From a virus, in UHGV virus genome UHGV-0285350: a DNA stretch of 44,975 bases; one strand, written 5' to 3'. A program made the translations under genes and the position numbers. Under the pieces are notes generated by a model. The model saw only the letters and a program-made list of their open reading frames with translations, was not told the origin of the DNA and ran no database searches. Shown in pieces: positions 8,197-16,307 of the stretch. Every line of letters begins with the position of its first letter. The stretch's first letter is position 1.

Positions 8197-9390
8197 TTAT
8201 GCTTTTTTTACATACTCCATGAACATTTTTTCAGCTTGTGCTGGTGGTGTTCCAGCCATGACAAGCGCATCAATGAACGCCTGCTTCTTCAGTGCGAACT
8301 GATCGGCAAGGCGTTGCTGAAGCTCCTTGTTTTTCTGTTTCTCACGTTGCAAGGCCGCTTCTTTTGCTGCCGCCCGTTTTTTCTGTGCATCTGACAACTT
8401 TCTGGCCTTGGTCAATTGGTCACGTAGTTTGTCGATCTTGCCGTTGTCCTTTGCCAGTTTTGTACTTAAAGCTGCCTGGCGCTTCTGATAGAGTCTCCAT
8501 TCGCGTTTGGCGGCTTCAACGTTCGTTTTACTGCTACGATTGCGATTAAACTCCTTCTCGTCTTCTTTTGAGAAGTGTTTGGTTGTACGTCGGCGATCGT
8601 CACCAAATGCAATTTGCGTTGCAGCCTTTTGTAGTGCACGAGCAATACTCATTTGCCAACTTGCGGACTGTAACCGCGTCATTGAGTGGATCACGTGTTT
8701 ACAGGCGACGCCTTGTAGCTTAGGGTTACGAACTTTTGGATAGGCGTATTCTTTTGGCGGGGCCAGGGCAAAGTTACCCGCAGTAGCGATGTAACGATAC
8801 CAGTATTGATGACGACCACAGTCACAATCGAAAGACACTCGCCCGGCGCACAGTGATTTAGTGATTTTCAGAGCTGATTTATCGTCTTCTGCGATGTCAT
8901 CGACCATCTGATCCCATTCTTCAAAGCGTATCCGGACGATATGGTGCTGGTGGACGGATATATCCGATGCTTCTACGCGGATATTAATCACGTTGTGGCG
9001 AAGAGATACGGGTGTAGCTCTTTTGATACCAGATCCGTCATCCACGGCGTTATTTGCACGCTTAATATCGATTGCCTGGCTGGATGCCACCAGCTGGGCG
9101 TATGTGATGCCAGCCGTCTTGCTGTCATATTTTTCGCGCGTTTTACTCCGTAGCTTTTCGAAACCTTTCAGGTCGTCTCGCGTGAAGAACGTGCCGCCTT
9201 TTTTCTTCCCTAACTTGAGAATATCTTCGGCGGATTTGTTCCTCAGTCTACCTGGCGTCAGAGTCCGGTGAGCTTGTCGGCGCTTACGGGTTTGTTCTTT
9301 CCTGATAAGATCGAATAAACGCGTGAAGTCCTTAGAGGACAGACCGTCAGTGATATAGCGCCCGTCCTGGTTTTTCAGGAAATCAGGCAT
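8197..9390 (-). CDS. hypothetical protein with SWIM-type zinc-finger motif and Lys/Ala/Gln-rich coiled-coil C-terminus
   Basis: CDCGRHQYWYRY...GVACKHV fits CxC-xn-CxH (SWIM) pattern; 397 aa; stop convergent with the membrane-protein gene. Confidence 0.55.
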   Translation of the reverse strand: MPDFLKNQDGRYITDGLSSKDFTRLFDLIRKEQTRKRRQAHRTLTPGRLRNKSAEDILKLGKKKGGTFFTRDDLKGFEKLRSKTREKYDSKTAGITYAQLVASSQAIDIKRANNAVDDGSGIKRATPVSLRHNVINIRVEASDISVHQHHIVRIRFEEWDQMVDDIAEDDKSALKITKSLCAGRVSFDCDCGRHQYWYRYIATAGNFALAPPKEYAYPKVRNPKLQGVACKHVIHSMTRLQSASWQMSIARALQKAATQIAFGDDRRRTTKHFSKEDEKEFNRNRSSKTNVEAAKREWRLYQKRQAALSTKLAKDNGKIDKLRDQLTKARKLSDAQKKRAAAKEAALQREKQKNKELQQRLADQFALKKQAFIDALVMAGTPPAQAEKMFMEYVKKA

Positions 9391-9712
9391 TTTCTATCTC
9401 CGGTTCCGCGCTCGCGTAATCACGGATCTTGTTCCTCAGCCATGCCACATCAGGAAGAGTTAACGTGGTCCCGGCGGGCATTTCTTCCATTTCTGACTCA
9501 TGGCCCACCAGCACCCGGAATACCCAGCGCAAATCTGCATTGCCATACGCCCTGTAGGCTGCAAGGTCTGAACGATATACTTCATCAATCTTTATCGTGT
9601 ACTGGAAATTATCAGAGTGATACTCCGATACCCGCTTAATCATTTCCTGGTGAAACAGCGCACGAAAAATATCGTCTTCAATGTACCTATCGTCGAGTCT
9701 GCTATAGCCCAT
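9383..9712 (-). CDS. hypothetical protein (upstream partner of SWIM protein, overlapping start/stop)
   Basis: 109-aa ORF whose stop overlaps the start of 8197..9390; no motif recognised. Confidence 0.5.
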   Translation of the reverse strand: MGYSRLDDRYIEDDIFRALFHQEMIKRVSEYHSDNFQYTIKIDEVYRSDLAAYRAYGNADLRWVFRVLVGHESEMEEMPAGTTLTLPDVAWLRNKIRDYASAEPEIENA

Positions 9713-9905
9713 AACAAAGCCTCTCAGTCATAACCTGGGGGAAACTGTATGCAGGGTGTGAAATGCGAGAAACAGACAGGCCACCAGTTCAGGGGGATGT
9801 GGTTCATAAATCCCCTCACTGGTGACAAGTGACTTTCATTAATCTTTATGCGGGGGCCAGCTTCATTTGCTGGCATTAGATTAAAAATTAAACGGAGTGA
9901 ATGAC

Positions 9906-10040
9906 ATGGATGTTATCTTCGAATTATTAATGCTAATTGATCTGTTTATGAACGCTTCATTGACCACTCAAATACTCGCGTCAATATTTTTGTTACTCTT
10001 CTACCTGGTATTGAGGGAGTTAACAAAGCTACTAATGTGA
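9906..10040 (+). CDS. possible small hydrophobic peptide (44 aa, one TM-like segment)
   Basis: ATG after GGAGTG; translation MDVIFELLMLIDLFMNASLTTQILASIFLLLFYLVLRELTKLLM*; AT-rich; below the track's 60-aa cutoff, coordinates from my own reading. Confidence 0.3.
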   Translation: MDVIFELLMLIDLFMNASLTTQILASIFLLLFYLVLRELTKLLM

Positions 10041-10694
10041 TCAAAGTATCACGGTATCTTCATCAACTTCTTTCCCAGCCAGTGACTTTGGCTGGGAGGT
10101 GCCTGCTTTAACTTTTTCATGCCCAATAATGGACAGGAACGAAGCGAGTATGCCTGTTTTTTGCTCTTTCTCGACTGTACCGGTCATCTGCTCTACATAA
10201 TCTGCACTGGCAACGTTGTGGTATACGGTCGCGTAGCAACACAGGATCATCAGAATATGCTCCGGCCTGATATCCTGCCAGTTCACCCTGTAGACTTCTT
10301 CTCCGTTACCGTTGTATTCGGTATCAACGATAGAGTCGGGGATTTCGAAAGCACCTTTGTTATTTTGCGGCAGGGATAATAGTTTCTGGAGTTTTAACTC
10401 TCTGTATCTTTCCATCCCAACGATGATTGCTGCTCTACCATCGGCATGACGGGTCTTGAGAGTCACCTGGCTTGCTCCGGTGCCAGCGGAGATCGTTGGC
10501 GTAATTTCGTCTACTAGAACCTTAAATTTGCTTTTCCGCAGGGCTGCTATAGCTGGAGGAATTTTTTGCTTTTGCTCCAATGCTGACGCGGGAAGGGGTT
10601 TTACTTCGTTAATAATGAGAGCACCGTCTTTCAGTATTGCAGTGAGCATTTGAGGCTTGCTGGTGGTCAGGCTGAATATTGCGATCTTTTCCAT
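10041..10694 (-). CDS. hypothetical protein
   Basis: Start placed at ATG (MEKIAIFSL...) preceded by GGAGGAAGG SD; track ORF extends to 10736. Confidence 0.55.
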   Translation of the reverse strand: MEKIAIFSLTTSKPQMLTAILKDGALIINEVKPLPASALEQKQKIPPAIAALRKSKFKVLVDEITPTISAGTGASQVTLKTRHADGRAAIIVGMERYRELKLQKLLSLPQNNKGAFEIPDSIVDTEYNGNGEEVYRVNWQDIRPEHILMILCCYATVYHNVASADYVEQMTGTVEKEQKTGILASFLSIIGHEKVKAGTSQPKSLAGKEVDEDTVIL

Positions 10695-10721
10695 TTTCCT
10701 TCCTCCACGGATGACGGATAC

Positions 10722-10745
10722 AAAAAAAGGCCGCACATGGCGGCC
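10722..10745 (-). terminator. intrinsic-terminator-like hairpin on minus strand (ggccgc-acatg-gcggcc followed by T7) just upstream of the 10041..10694 gene
   Basis: Stem-loop and adjacent A7 on + strand (T7 on -) read from sequence. Confidence 0.35.
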
Positions 10746-10962
10746 TGCTTTGGCGTTATGACTCCCTACCGCGCTTCGGCTGAAAGTTAATCGTCAAAAG
10801 AACCTTCAACGGGAGCCGTTAGCGCGATGGATTATGTGCAGTTTGTGATTTCCAAAATAGTGTCAACCACTTTTTGTGGATTTTATTTTTTGACCGAAAT
10901 TTGGCCTAAATCATGTTGATGTAGTTAATTGTTTTTATAACATAAAACTTCATTTTGTTTAC

Positions 10963-11586
10963 ATGAAGGATGGTGTAGTGAAGTTAAGGGTTTTAGGGGC
11001 CGCGCTCGCGGCTATGTTGGGATGCGTATCTGCTAATACTGCCAATGCAACTGCGTTACCTGCACAATTCAGGGCAGGGCAGCAGGTTATGAATAACGCT
11101 GGTGGGGATCATTCACAAGCGGCCATTATGGACTTTTGCAAGAGGGAGGGCATTCCATTACGGCCTGTTGGAACTCAGTTTATTGGTAAAACTGACTTTT
11201 GCGTTTTTGCATATACAGCATATCTGACGGGCAAAGCTATAACAAAAACAGGTTACTCAACCAAAGATACTCTTTCCAGATTAAGTCAGGGATGGCAGCA
11301 ATTCGAAGTGTATCGCCAGCAAGGATTAGGTGAGTTATTGCAACCACTTTTTATGCTTGCATTGGTGCCCGAGGGGCAGCAATTTTTGGTTAAAAAGGGA
11401 ATGCTTCGCCAAAGTGATATTGCCGGGTTCGATAGCATGATGGCTTATGAGCGCAAACTAACCGAGCAGCGAAATAAAAAACCATCTGCTTCATGTGTGC
11501 AAAGTAAAACAGCAGAATACAGTGCAGTAGCCGGGCCTTTAGCCAAACAAATGGCAGAGCAATGGTGTAAAAAATACGGGCAATAA
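10963..11586 (+). CDS. hypothetical secreted protein (N-terminal signal peptide)
   Basis: N-terminus KLRVLGAALAAMLGCVSANTANA is signal-peptide-like; true start may be GTG at about 10978. Confidence 0.55.
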   Translation: MKDGVVKLRVLGAALAAMLGCVSANTANATALPAQFRAGQQVMNNAGGDHSQAAIMDFCKREGIPLRPVGTQFIGKTDFCVFAYTAYLTGKAITKTGYSTKDTLSRLSQGWQQFEVYRQQGLGELLQPLFMLALVPEGQQFLVKKGMLRQSDIAGFDSMMAYERKLTEQRNKKPSASCVQSKTAEYSAVAGPLAKQMAEQWCKKYGQ

Positions 11587-11606
11587 GTTACGCAGCGGAG
11601 GCAGAA

Positions 11607-11999
11607 TTGAAAAGATTGGCTATTGCTTTACTGGCGTCTTTCCCTTTGATCGCGAGCGCCGGAAATTTACAAGTTAAGTGCGGTCGGTTTGATATAAAAA
11701 TCTATCCGGATGCCATATTTCTGAATGGGAATAAGGTTGATAACGCACACCGAAAAACTGAATCTGACGTAATGAGCTATGTGTTCCAGGAGTATGCGGA
11801 GATGGGGGGAACTTATACGCTGTACTCGCTGGATGTTCCTTCTCGCGGTGATATGACATTATCCCATCAATGGCAGAACGCCGATGGAGAAGCTCTGCGC
11901 GAGGTTAAAATAGAAAAATGTGGCACTTTCCATTCTTTTAAAGGGAAAGCGCCAAATGTTAAATCTGTGCTTGAAAAACAGCGCACAGGTGAGCTTTAA
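11607..11999 (+). CDS. hypothetical secreted/periplasmic protein (signal peptide)
   Basis: MKRLAIALLASFPLIASA signal peptide with AxA cleavage motif; no other motif recognised. Confidence 0.55.
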   Translation: MKRLAIALLASFPLIASAGNLQVKCGRFDIKIYPDAIFLNGNKVDNAHRKTESDVMSYVFQEYAEMGGTYTLYSLDVPSRGDMTLSHQWQNADGEALREVKIEKCGTFHSFKGKAPNVKSVLEKQRTGEL

Positions 12000-12307
12000 G
12001 CCCCTTTAATCACGGAGATGTCGTTCCCCGTACGATAACGACGGGGAACGGAATTATCCATCAGGTCACGAATTGCTCCCGCTTCACGTAGTTCCTCTGT
12101 TTCCCTGTATCTATTTGTCACCAGATCCAGGCTGGCAATGACTTTGTGCCGGTCATTCGGCATAGCCAATTTTTCTGCCATTATCATCAGCGACAAATCT
12201 TCATCCAGAAGAATTTGATACCAGTTTTTTGATAGTTCTACTTCCCTTATGAGACTGAAACGTCGCTGGATTGTTGCAGCAGAGTAAGTGAAATCTATTT
12301 TCTTCAT
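11996..12307 (-). CDS. hypothetical protein
   Basis: 103-aa ORF; stop overlaps the end of the upstream convergent gene. Confidence 0.45.
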   Translation of the reverse strand: MKKIDFTYSAATIQRRFSLIREVELSKNWYQILLDEDLSLMIMAEKLAMPNDRHKVIASLDLVTNRYRETEELREAGAIRDLMDNSVPRRYRTGNDISVIKGA

Positions 12308-12369
12308 CGTGCGGAGAATCCGGTTATTTAGTAGTTAAAGCCCCGACGACCCCGGGTAACCCTACACCT

Positions 12370-12543
12370 TCAGGCTTTATGCTTGGTTGATTTCTTCTTG
12401 GTTTGCTTGCAGGCGTAGGCCATTGCTTTAGCTTTCACTTCATCCAGTTTACCAGTAATCACTTCTTTTCCGAGAGTGACAAACCAGTCATAGCAACCGC
12501 CAGTAATGTTCTTGATTTGAAAGTTGAGGTAGCGAACAGTCAT
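12370..12543 (-). CDS. possible small basic protein (57 aa, Lys-rich C-terminus)
   Basis: ATG preceded by GGGGGTG SD; translation MTVRYLNFQIKNITGGCYDWFVTLGKEVITGKLDEVKAKAMAYACKQTKKKSTKHKA*; not in track (<60 aa). Confidence 0.35.
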   Translation of the reverse strand: MTVRYLNFQIKNITGGCYDWFVTLGKEVITGKLDEVKAKAMAYACKQTKKKSTKHKA

Positions 12544-12874
12544 TTTGACACCCCCGGCGCGAGTAAAGAATGCAGATTATCGCGTGAGTGGTGGACGACG
12601 AGTGATGGGAAAAGACTGTAGTTGTTCATAGTGTAGTGACTCCTTGCTTTCGGAGCCGCCATCGACTGTTCCACGGTCTGGTGGCGGCGCAATAAAGGCT
12701 GGAACACCGTGAGTCAACGGGGGCTTTTCAGCCACCTATATTGCACCGCCATTGGTATGGCGGCAGCAATCATACGAAAAACTAAATAGTTTGTCTCAAA
12801 AAGTTGACCGGTGTGCCAATCGGTAGTGAATGTACATCGGAGCATTTTTCAATTCAACTTAAAATGTTAGAAAA

Positions 12875-13453
12875 CTAATTTATCAATTCAATCGCCATCT
12901 GATACAACGTCATTTCATCGGCATTGTGCCGCATGAAATCTGCTTTTCCGCCTATTTTTCCATCAGCATGAACAGGGACCAGCCAGGGATATTGTTCTCG
13001 GACCTCGGCTGGCGCTGCGTACTGGTGGTGCCATTTACACAAAGGGAGGACATATTTATGCGCGTTCTCTGCCGTTCTCCCGAAGATATGGTGCAGGGAT
13101 ACCACTGGGCTATGTTGCCCGTGAATATGGCAGGCAATGCAGGGGAGAGTACCGATAGCGGTCTGTATCCGGCGTTCATCGGCTGTGAGTGATCTGCCCT
13201 TCAGGCCGCGTGACGTGCGTGTTTTTTTGGACGGAGTGGATACAGCTTTCTCTTTTCTCCGCTGGTCATATTGCTTTGCTTTTTCAATTCTCTTTTGCCG
13301 ATATTCAGGCGATGCGGCTTTTTCTCTCGCTCGTTGCTGCTGGCGTTGAGCTTGTTGAAGGCGCTTTGCCCTTTGTTCCTCTCGCCAGGCTGGGTCAGCC
13401 AATTTTTGCATGGCTTTTTGTCTCTGTTTCTCCCAATAGCTCTGTTTCTGCAT
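12875..13453 (-). CDS. Ref-like (phage P1 recombination enhancement function) HNH-type nuclease with basic low-complexity N-terminal region
   Basis: N-terminal about 90 aa Arg/Lys/Gln-rich; C-terminal LPCIACHIHGQHSPVVSLHHIFGRTAENAHKYVLPLCKWHHQ has Cys/His spacing of an HNH zinc-finger nuclease; architecture matches P1 Ref as I recall it. Confidence 0.55.
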   Translation of the reverse strand: MQKQSYWEKQRQKAMQKLADPAWREEQRAKRLQQAQRQQQRAREKAASPEYRQKRIEKAKQYDQRRKEKAVSTPSKKTRTSRGLKGRSLTADERRIQTAIGTLPCIACHIHGQHSPVVSLHHIFGRTAENAHKYVLPLCKWHHQYAAPAEVREQYPWLVPVHADGKIGGKADFMRHNADEMTLYQMAIELIN

Positions 13454-13484
13454 GATGGCTGCCTCTTACTTTTCAGCTATTTTT

Positions 13485-13535
13485 CTATGATTGATCAAAA
13501 TAGTTAGATATTCAAAATTGATTTTCTAACACAAA
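13485..13535. promoter_or_regulatory. divergent control region with repeated TTCTA/TTAGA half-sites including TTTTCTAACA
   Basis: ttttcta...tagttagata...attttctaacacaaaac read from sequence between the leftward Ref-like gene and the rightward early operon. Confidence 0.35.
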
Positions 13536-13725
13536 ACATTAATATCATTTCTGATAACTGTTTGGAGGACATGATGCTTATAGCTTTAAGTGCGATCCAC
13601 CAGCCATCTGTGAATGAGATTGGCCTGTTCTATGTGTTGTTTTTCGGGGCGTTGGCGCTACTTGAGCTTGGTATTGAGCTTTTCGCAGTGCTTATGTTTT
13701 GCGTCACGATTTTGGGGAAATTTTG

Positions 13726-14337
13726 ATGGTGAAACGTGTTTTGAAAATTTACATCGCGGGGCCGATGACTGGTTATCCAGATTACAACCGTGCGGCGTTT
13801 AATGCGAAAGCGAGCGAGTTGATGGCTGAAGGGCATATCGTTCTGAATCCAGCTGTGTTACCTGGTGGCCTTTGTCAGAGTGAATACATGGATATTTGCC
13901 TGGCAATGGTGCGTTCTGCTGATGCGATCTACTTGCTCAATCGATGGGAGGAATCGATTGGTGCTCGTGCAGAGCACGCGCTGGCTGAAAAGCTGGGGCT
14001 GACTGTAATTTATGAGTCACCAACCAACATTGAATGCCAGGTTGCTCCGCATATTTACCGGGAACTGGTCAATGCACTGCGTGATATCGCTGCTGTATAT
14101 CACGGCACAGAACAGCTTCGTGAGCGTTTAGCCCATACCATTTTCTATTACCTGTCTTTATCTCATGAGCACAAGCTCCGCCAGAAGGTAATGATCAAAT
14201 TTATCATGAGGTTATCGAAATCCCTGGCAAACGCCGATCCAAAGAATCCATTACCGAAAGAGGCAATGAATTACCTGAAATCCTGCAACGTTGTTTCTGA
14301 AGATGGCGTTCTTTTGGTTAGAAGGAGTTCTGCGTGA
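13726..14337 (+). CDS. DUF4406-like (nucleoside 2-deoxyribosyltransferase-like fold) protein with about 100-aa C-terminal extension
   Basis: KIYIAGPMTGYPDYNRAAFNAKASELMAEGHIVLNPA matches the YIAGPM(T/S)G signature; start at ATG 13726. Confidence 0.55.
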   Translation: MVKRVLKIYIAGPMTGYPDYNRAAFNAKASELMAEGHIVLNPAVLPGGLCQSEYMDICLAMVRSADAIYLLNRWEESIGARAEHALAEKLGLTVIYESPTNIECQVAPHIYRELVNALRDIAAVYHGTEQLRERLAHTIFYYLSLSHEHKLRQKVMIKFIMRLSKSLANADPKNPLPKEAMNYLKSCNVVSEDGVLLVRRSSA

Positions 14338-14366
14338 GCTGGCGGGGATGGGGAAGGGCAGAAATC

Positions 14367-14651
14367 ATGATACTCCGCCAGTGCGCCGGGACTATGACAG
14401 TCGAGAGTATTGGGAGGCTGATCGGGCGTACCGGTAGTGCTGTCAGAACCAAAGCGCGGCAACTGCGGATCTGCATGATTCTGAAAGGAGACTTTCACCC
14501 GTCAGCCAAATACCGGCAGGGCGATATAGAACTGGCACGGCAGCTTCATCGGTGTGGTGTTCCCCGCCGTGAGATCGCGGAAAAACTCGAAATGCCCCTG
14601 GGCATGATTAATCAGTACGTTTATTTCGAAAGGAGAGTGTATGAAGTCTGA
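14367..14651 (+). CDS. hypothetical small protein with two HTH-like segments (putative DNA-binding)
   Basis: Start placed at ATG after GGGAAGGG; track ORF starts at GTG 14334 overlapping the previous stop. Confidence 0.4.
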   Translation: MILRQCAGTMTVESIGRLIGRTGSAVRTKARQLRICMILKGDFHPSAKYRQGDIELARQLHRCGVPRREIAEKLEMPLGMINQYVYFERRVYEV

Positions 14652-15192
14652 AGGTTTAACGCCCGCACAACTGGCAGAGCGTAACGCTGAGTATGTAACG
14701 GAAATTTCCCGACTTGAGAAAGCGTGTGCTGCGCTGGCGGCGGAGAATGCTGGGCTGAAGTCTGAAGCTCCACTTGGTGCCATCGAGAATGGCAGAGCGT
14801 TTGCAGACCGTTTAGAGAATTACCAGTTCGAGTGTGAAGGCGGAAACCTAAACATGTGCAGTGATTGGCAGGAGTTTCGCCGTTGCTTCGAGTATTTATC
14901 TGAATGGGCAATGCATAGCCAGACAGAGCACCCAGCCACCGATGCTTTCCTGGCTGAAGTGAAGACTGAAGCACGCAAGGAGGGCGCTTACTTTGTGGCG
15001 AACAGAATGCTGGCTGCCTGGGAAGCTGGTTTTATTGATGATACTGCGAAGAACGCCGCGGATATTGCCCGGATGATTCTTACCTCTACTGAGTTTATGG
15101 CTAATGCGCCGGAAGGCGATTTTGACCGCTCATTCTCTGATGGCGTTCTCGAAGATATCGCCGCCCAGCTTGGAAAAGGAGGCAAACAGTGA
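14641..15192 (+). CDS. hypothetical protein, paralogue A (coiled-coil N-term; conserved C-terminal domain shared with 16304..17002)
   Basis: Shares ALEAKCAALAAENA(G/R)LK and PATDAFLAEV(K/R)(T/A)EAR(K/N)EG blocks and C-terminal GKGGKQ/RKGSSQ with the downstream paralogue. Confidence 0.6.
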   Translation: MKSEGLTPAQLAERNAEYVTEISRLEKACAALAAENAGLKSEAPLGAIENGRAFADRLENYQFECEGGNLNMCSDWQEFRRCFEYLSEWAMHSQTEHPATDAFLAEVKTEARKEGAYFVANRMLAAWEAGFIDDTAKNAADIARMILTSTEFMANAPEGDFDRSFSDGVLEDIAAQLGKGGKQ

Positions 15193-15377
15193 GTAACCGT
15201 TTTTACATGATGTGCTTGCGTGAAACTGTGGGTAATAACGCCTCATTCCATTGCCATAACGGCAATGGTTACAGTTCTTGGCGCGGCGGAAGCGTTTATG
15301 ATGCAGAAGCATGGCGAGATGGCTATGAAGCAGGGAAAACGCCTGTCGAAGTATATTGTGATGAGTGGGGTGGGTGA
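15189..15377 (+). CDS. small Cys/His-containing protein (62 aa)
   Basis: GTG start overlapping upstream stop (GTGA); stop overlaps methyltransferase ATG (TGAATG); residues C9, HCH, C57. Confidence 0.4.
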   Translation: MSNRFYMMCLRETVGNNASFHCHNGNGYSSWRGGSVYDAEAWRDGYEAGKTPVEVYCDEWGG

Positions 15378-16106
15378 ATGATTTGCCTTCACAACGCAGA
15401 CTGCTTTGACATCTTTCCGCAAATCGCCAGCAACTCCGTAGATCTTGTATGTGCCGATATTCCATATGGAACAACTCGGTGTCGCTGGGATTCTGTTCTC
15501 GACCTGCAGTTGATGTGGAAGCAGATTTACCGTATTTCCAAACCGAACGCTGCAATTGTTCTGTTTTCCGCTCAGCCTTTTACCAGCGTGCTGGTCAACA
15601 GCAATCTTCGTGACTGGAAAACAGAATGGATTTGGGAAAAGCCACACGCGACAGGATTTTTGAACGCAAAAAAACAACCTTTAAGAGCGCATGAAAATAT
15701 TGAAGTTTTTTACAGAAAGCAACCGACATACAACCCACAGATGACGTATGGGCACGCCAGAAAAACCTCAACAAGAGGTAGGCTGAATACTGATGTATAT
15801 GGCGATGCGCTGAAAAAGGTCGTTTACGATTCAACAAGTCGCTATCCGAGAGACGTGCAGAAATTCTCCAGCGACAAGCAAAAGCAGGCACTTCATTCAA
15901 CACAAAAGCCACTGGCTCTGGTGAGATATCTGATTGAAACATATAGCAATATTGGCGACACAGTGTTGGATTTCACTATGGGTAGCGGAACTACTGGCGT
16001 TGCGTGCCAACAATCAGGACGCCGATTTACAGGAATAGAAAAAGATCCAGAAATTTTTCGTATCGCATTAGAGCGTATGGGAATTAAACAGGAGCATGCA
16101 GCATGA
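15378..16106 (+). CDS. DNA methyltransferase, N6-adenine/N4-cytosine beta class
   Basis: Motifs DIPY (catalytic DPPY variant), HSTQKP, and FTMGSGTTGVA (SAM-binding FxGSGTT) in beta-class order. Confidence 0.85.
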   Translation: MICLHNADCFDIFPQIASNSVDLVCADIPYGTTRCRWDSVLDLQLMWKQIYRISKPNAAIVLFSAQPFTSVLVNSNLRDWKTEWIWEKPHATGFLNAKKQPLRAHENIEVFYRKQPTYNPQMTYGHARKTSTRGRLNTDVYGDALKKVVYDSTSRYPRDVQKFSSDKQKQALHSTQKPLALVRYLIETYSNIGDTVLDFTMGSGTTGVACQQSGRRFTGIEKDPEIFRIALERMGIKQEHAA

Positions 16107-16124
16107 TTTTTGTGGAGGCAACCA

Positions 16125-16307
16125 GTGAGCGAAATTAACTATCAAGAACTGCGCGAGGCGGCGGAACAGGCAACGCAAGATGAATGGGTAGCATATATTT
16201 TGCCGGTCATAACGGCATTTATCCTGCGCGCACGTCTGAGGGTAGGCATTGCGGATACTTTATTGACTGGCCTGGCGTCTGTCAGGGGCGGGAGAGCATC
16301 AGCATGA
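16125..16307 (+). CDS. possible small protein (60 aa)
   Basis: GTG 6 nt after GGAGG; stop overlaps start of next gene (ATGA); track lists a longer in-frame ORF from 16110. Confidence 0.35.
   Translation: MSEINYQELREAAEQATQDEWVAYILPVITAFILRARLRVGIADTLLTGLASVRGGRASA

Noticed and set aside
8160-8215. Palindromic agcctag...ctaggct between convergent genes as a bidirectional terminator
   Set aside because: The T-run is displaced from the stem and the stem is short; too weak to call confidently.
12403-12621. Plus-strand ORF 12403..12621 (72 aa)
   Set aside because: No ribosome binding site; the opposite strand holds a better-supported small ORF with an SD (12370..12543).
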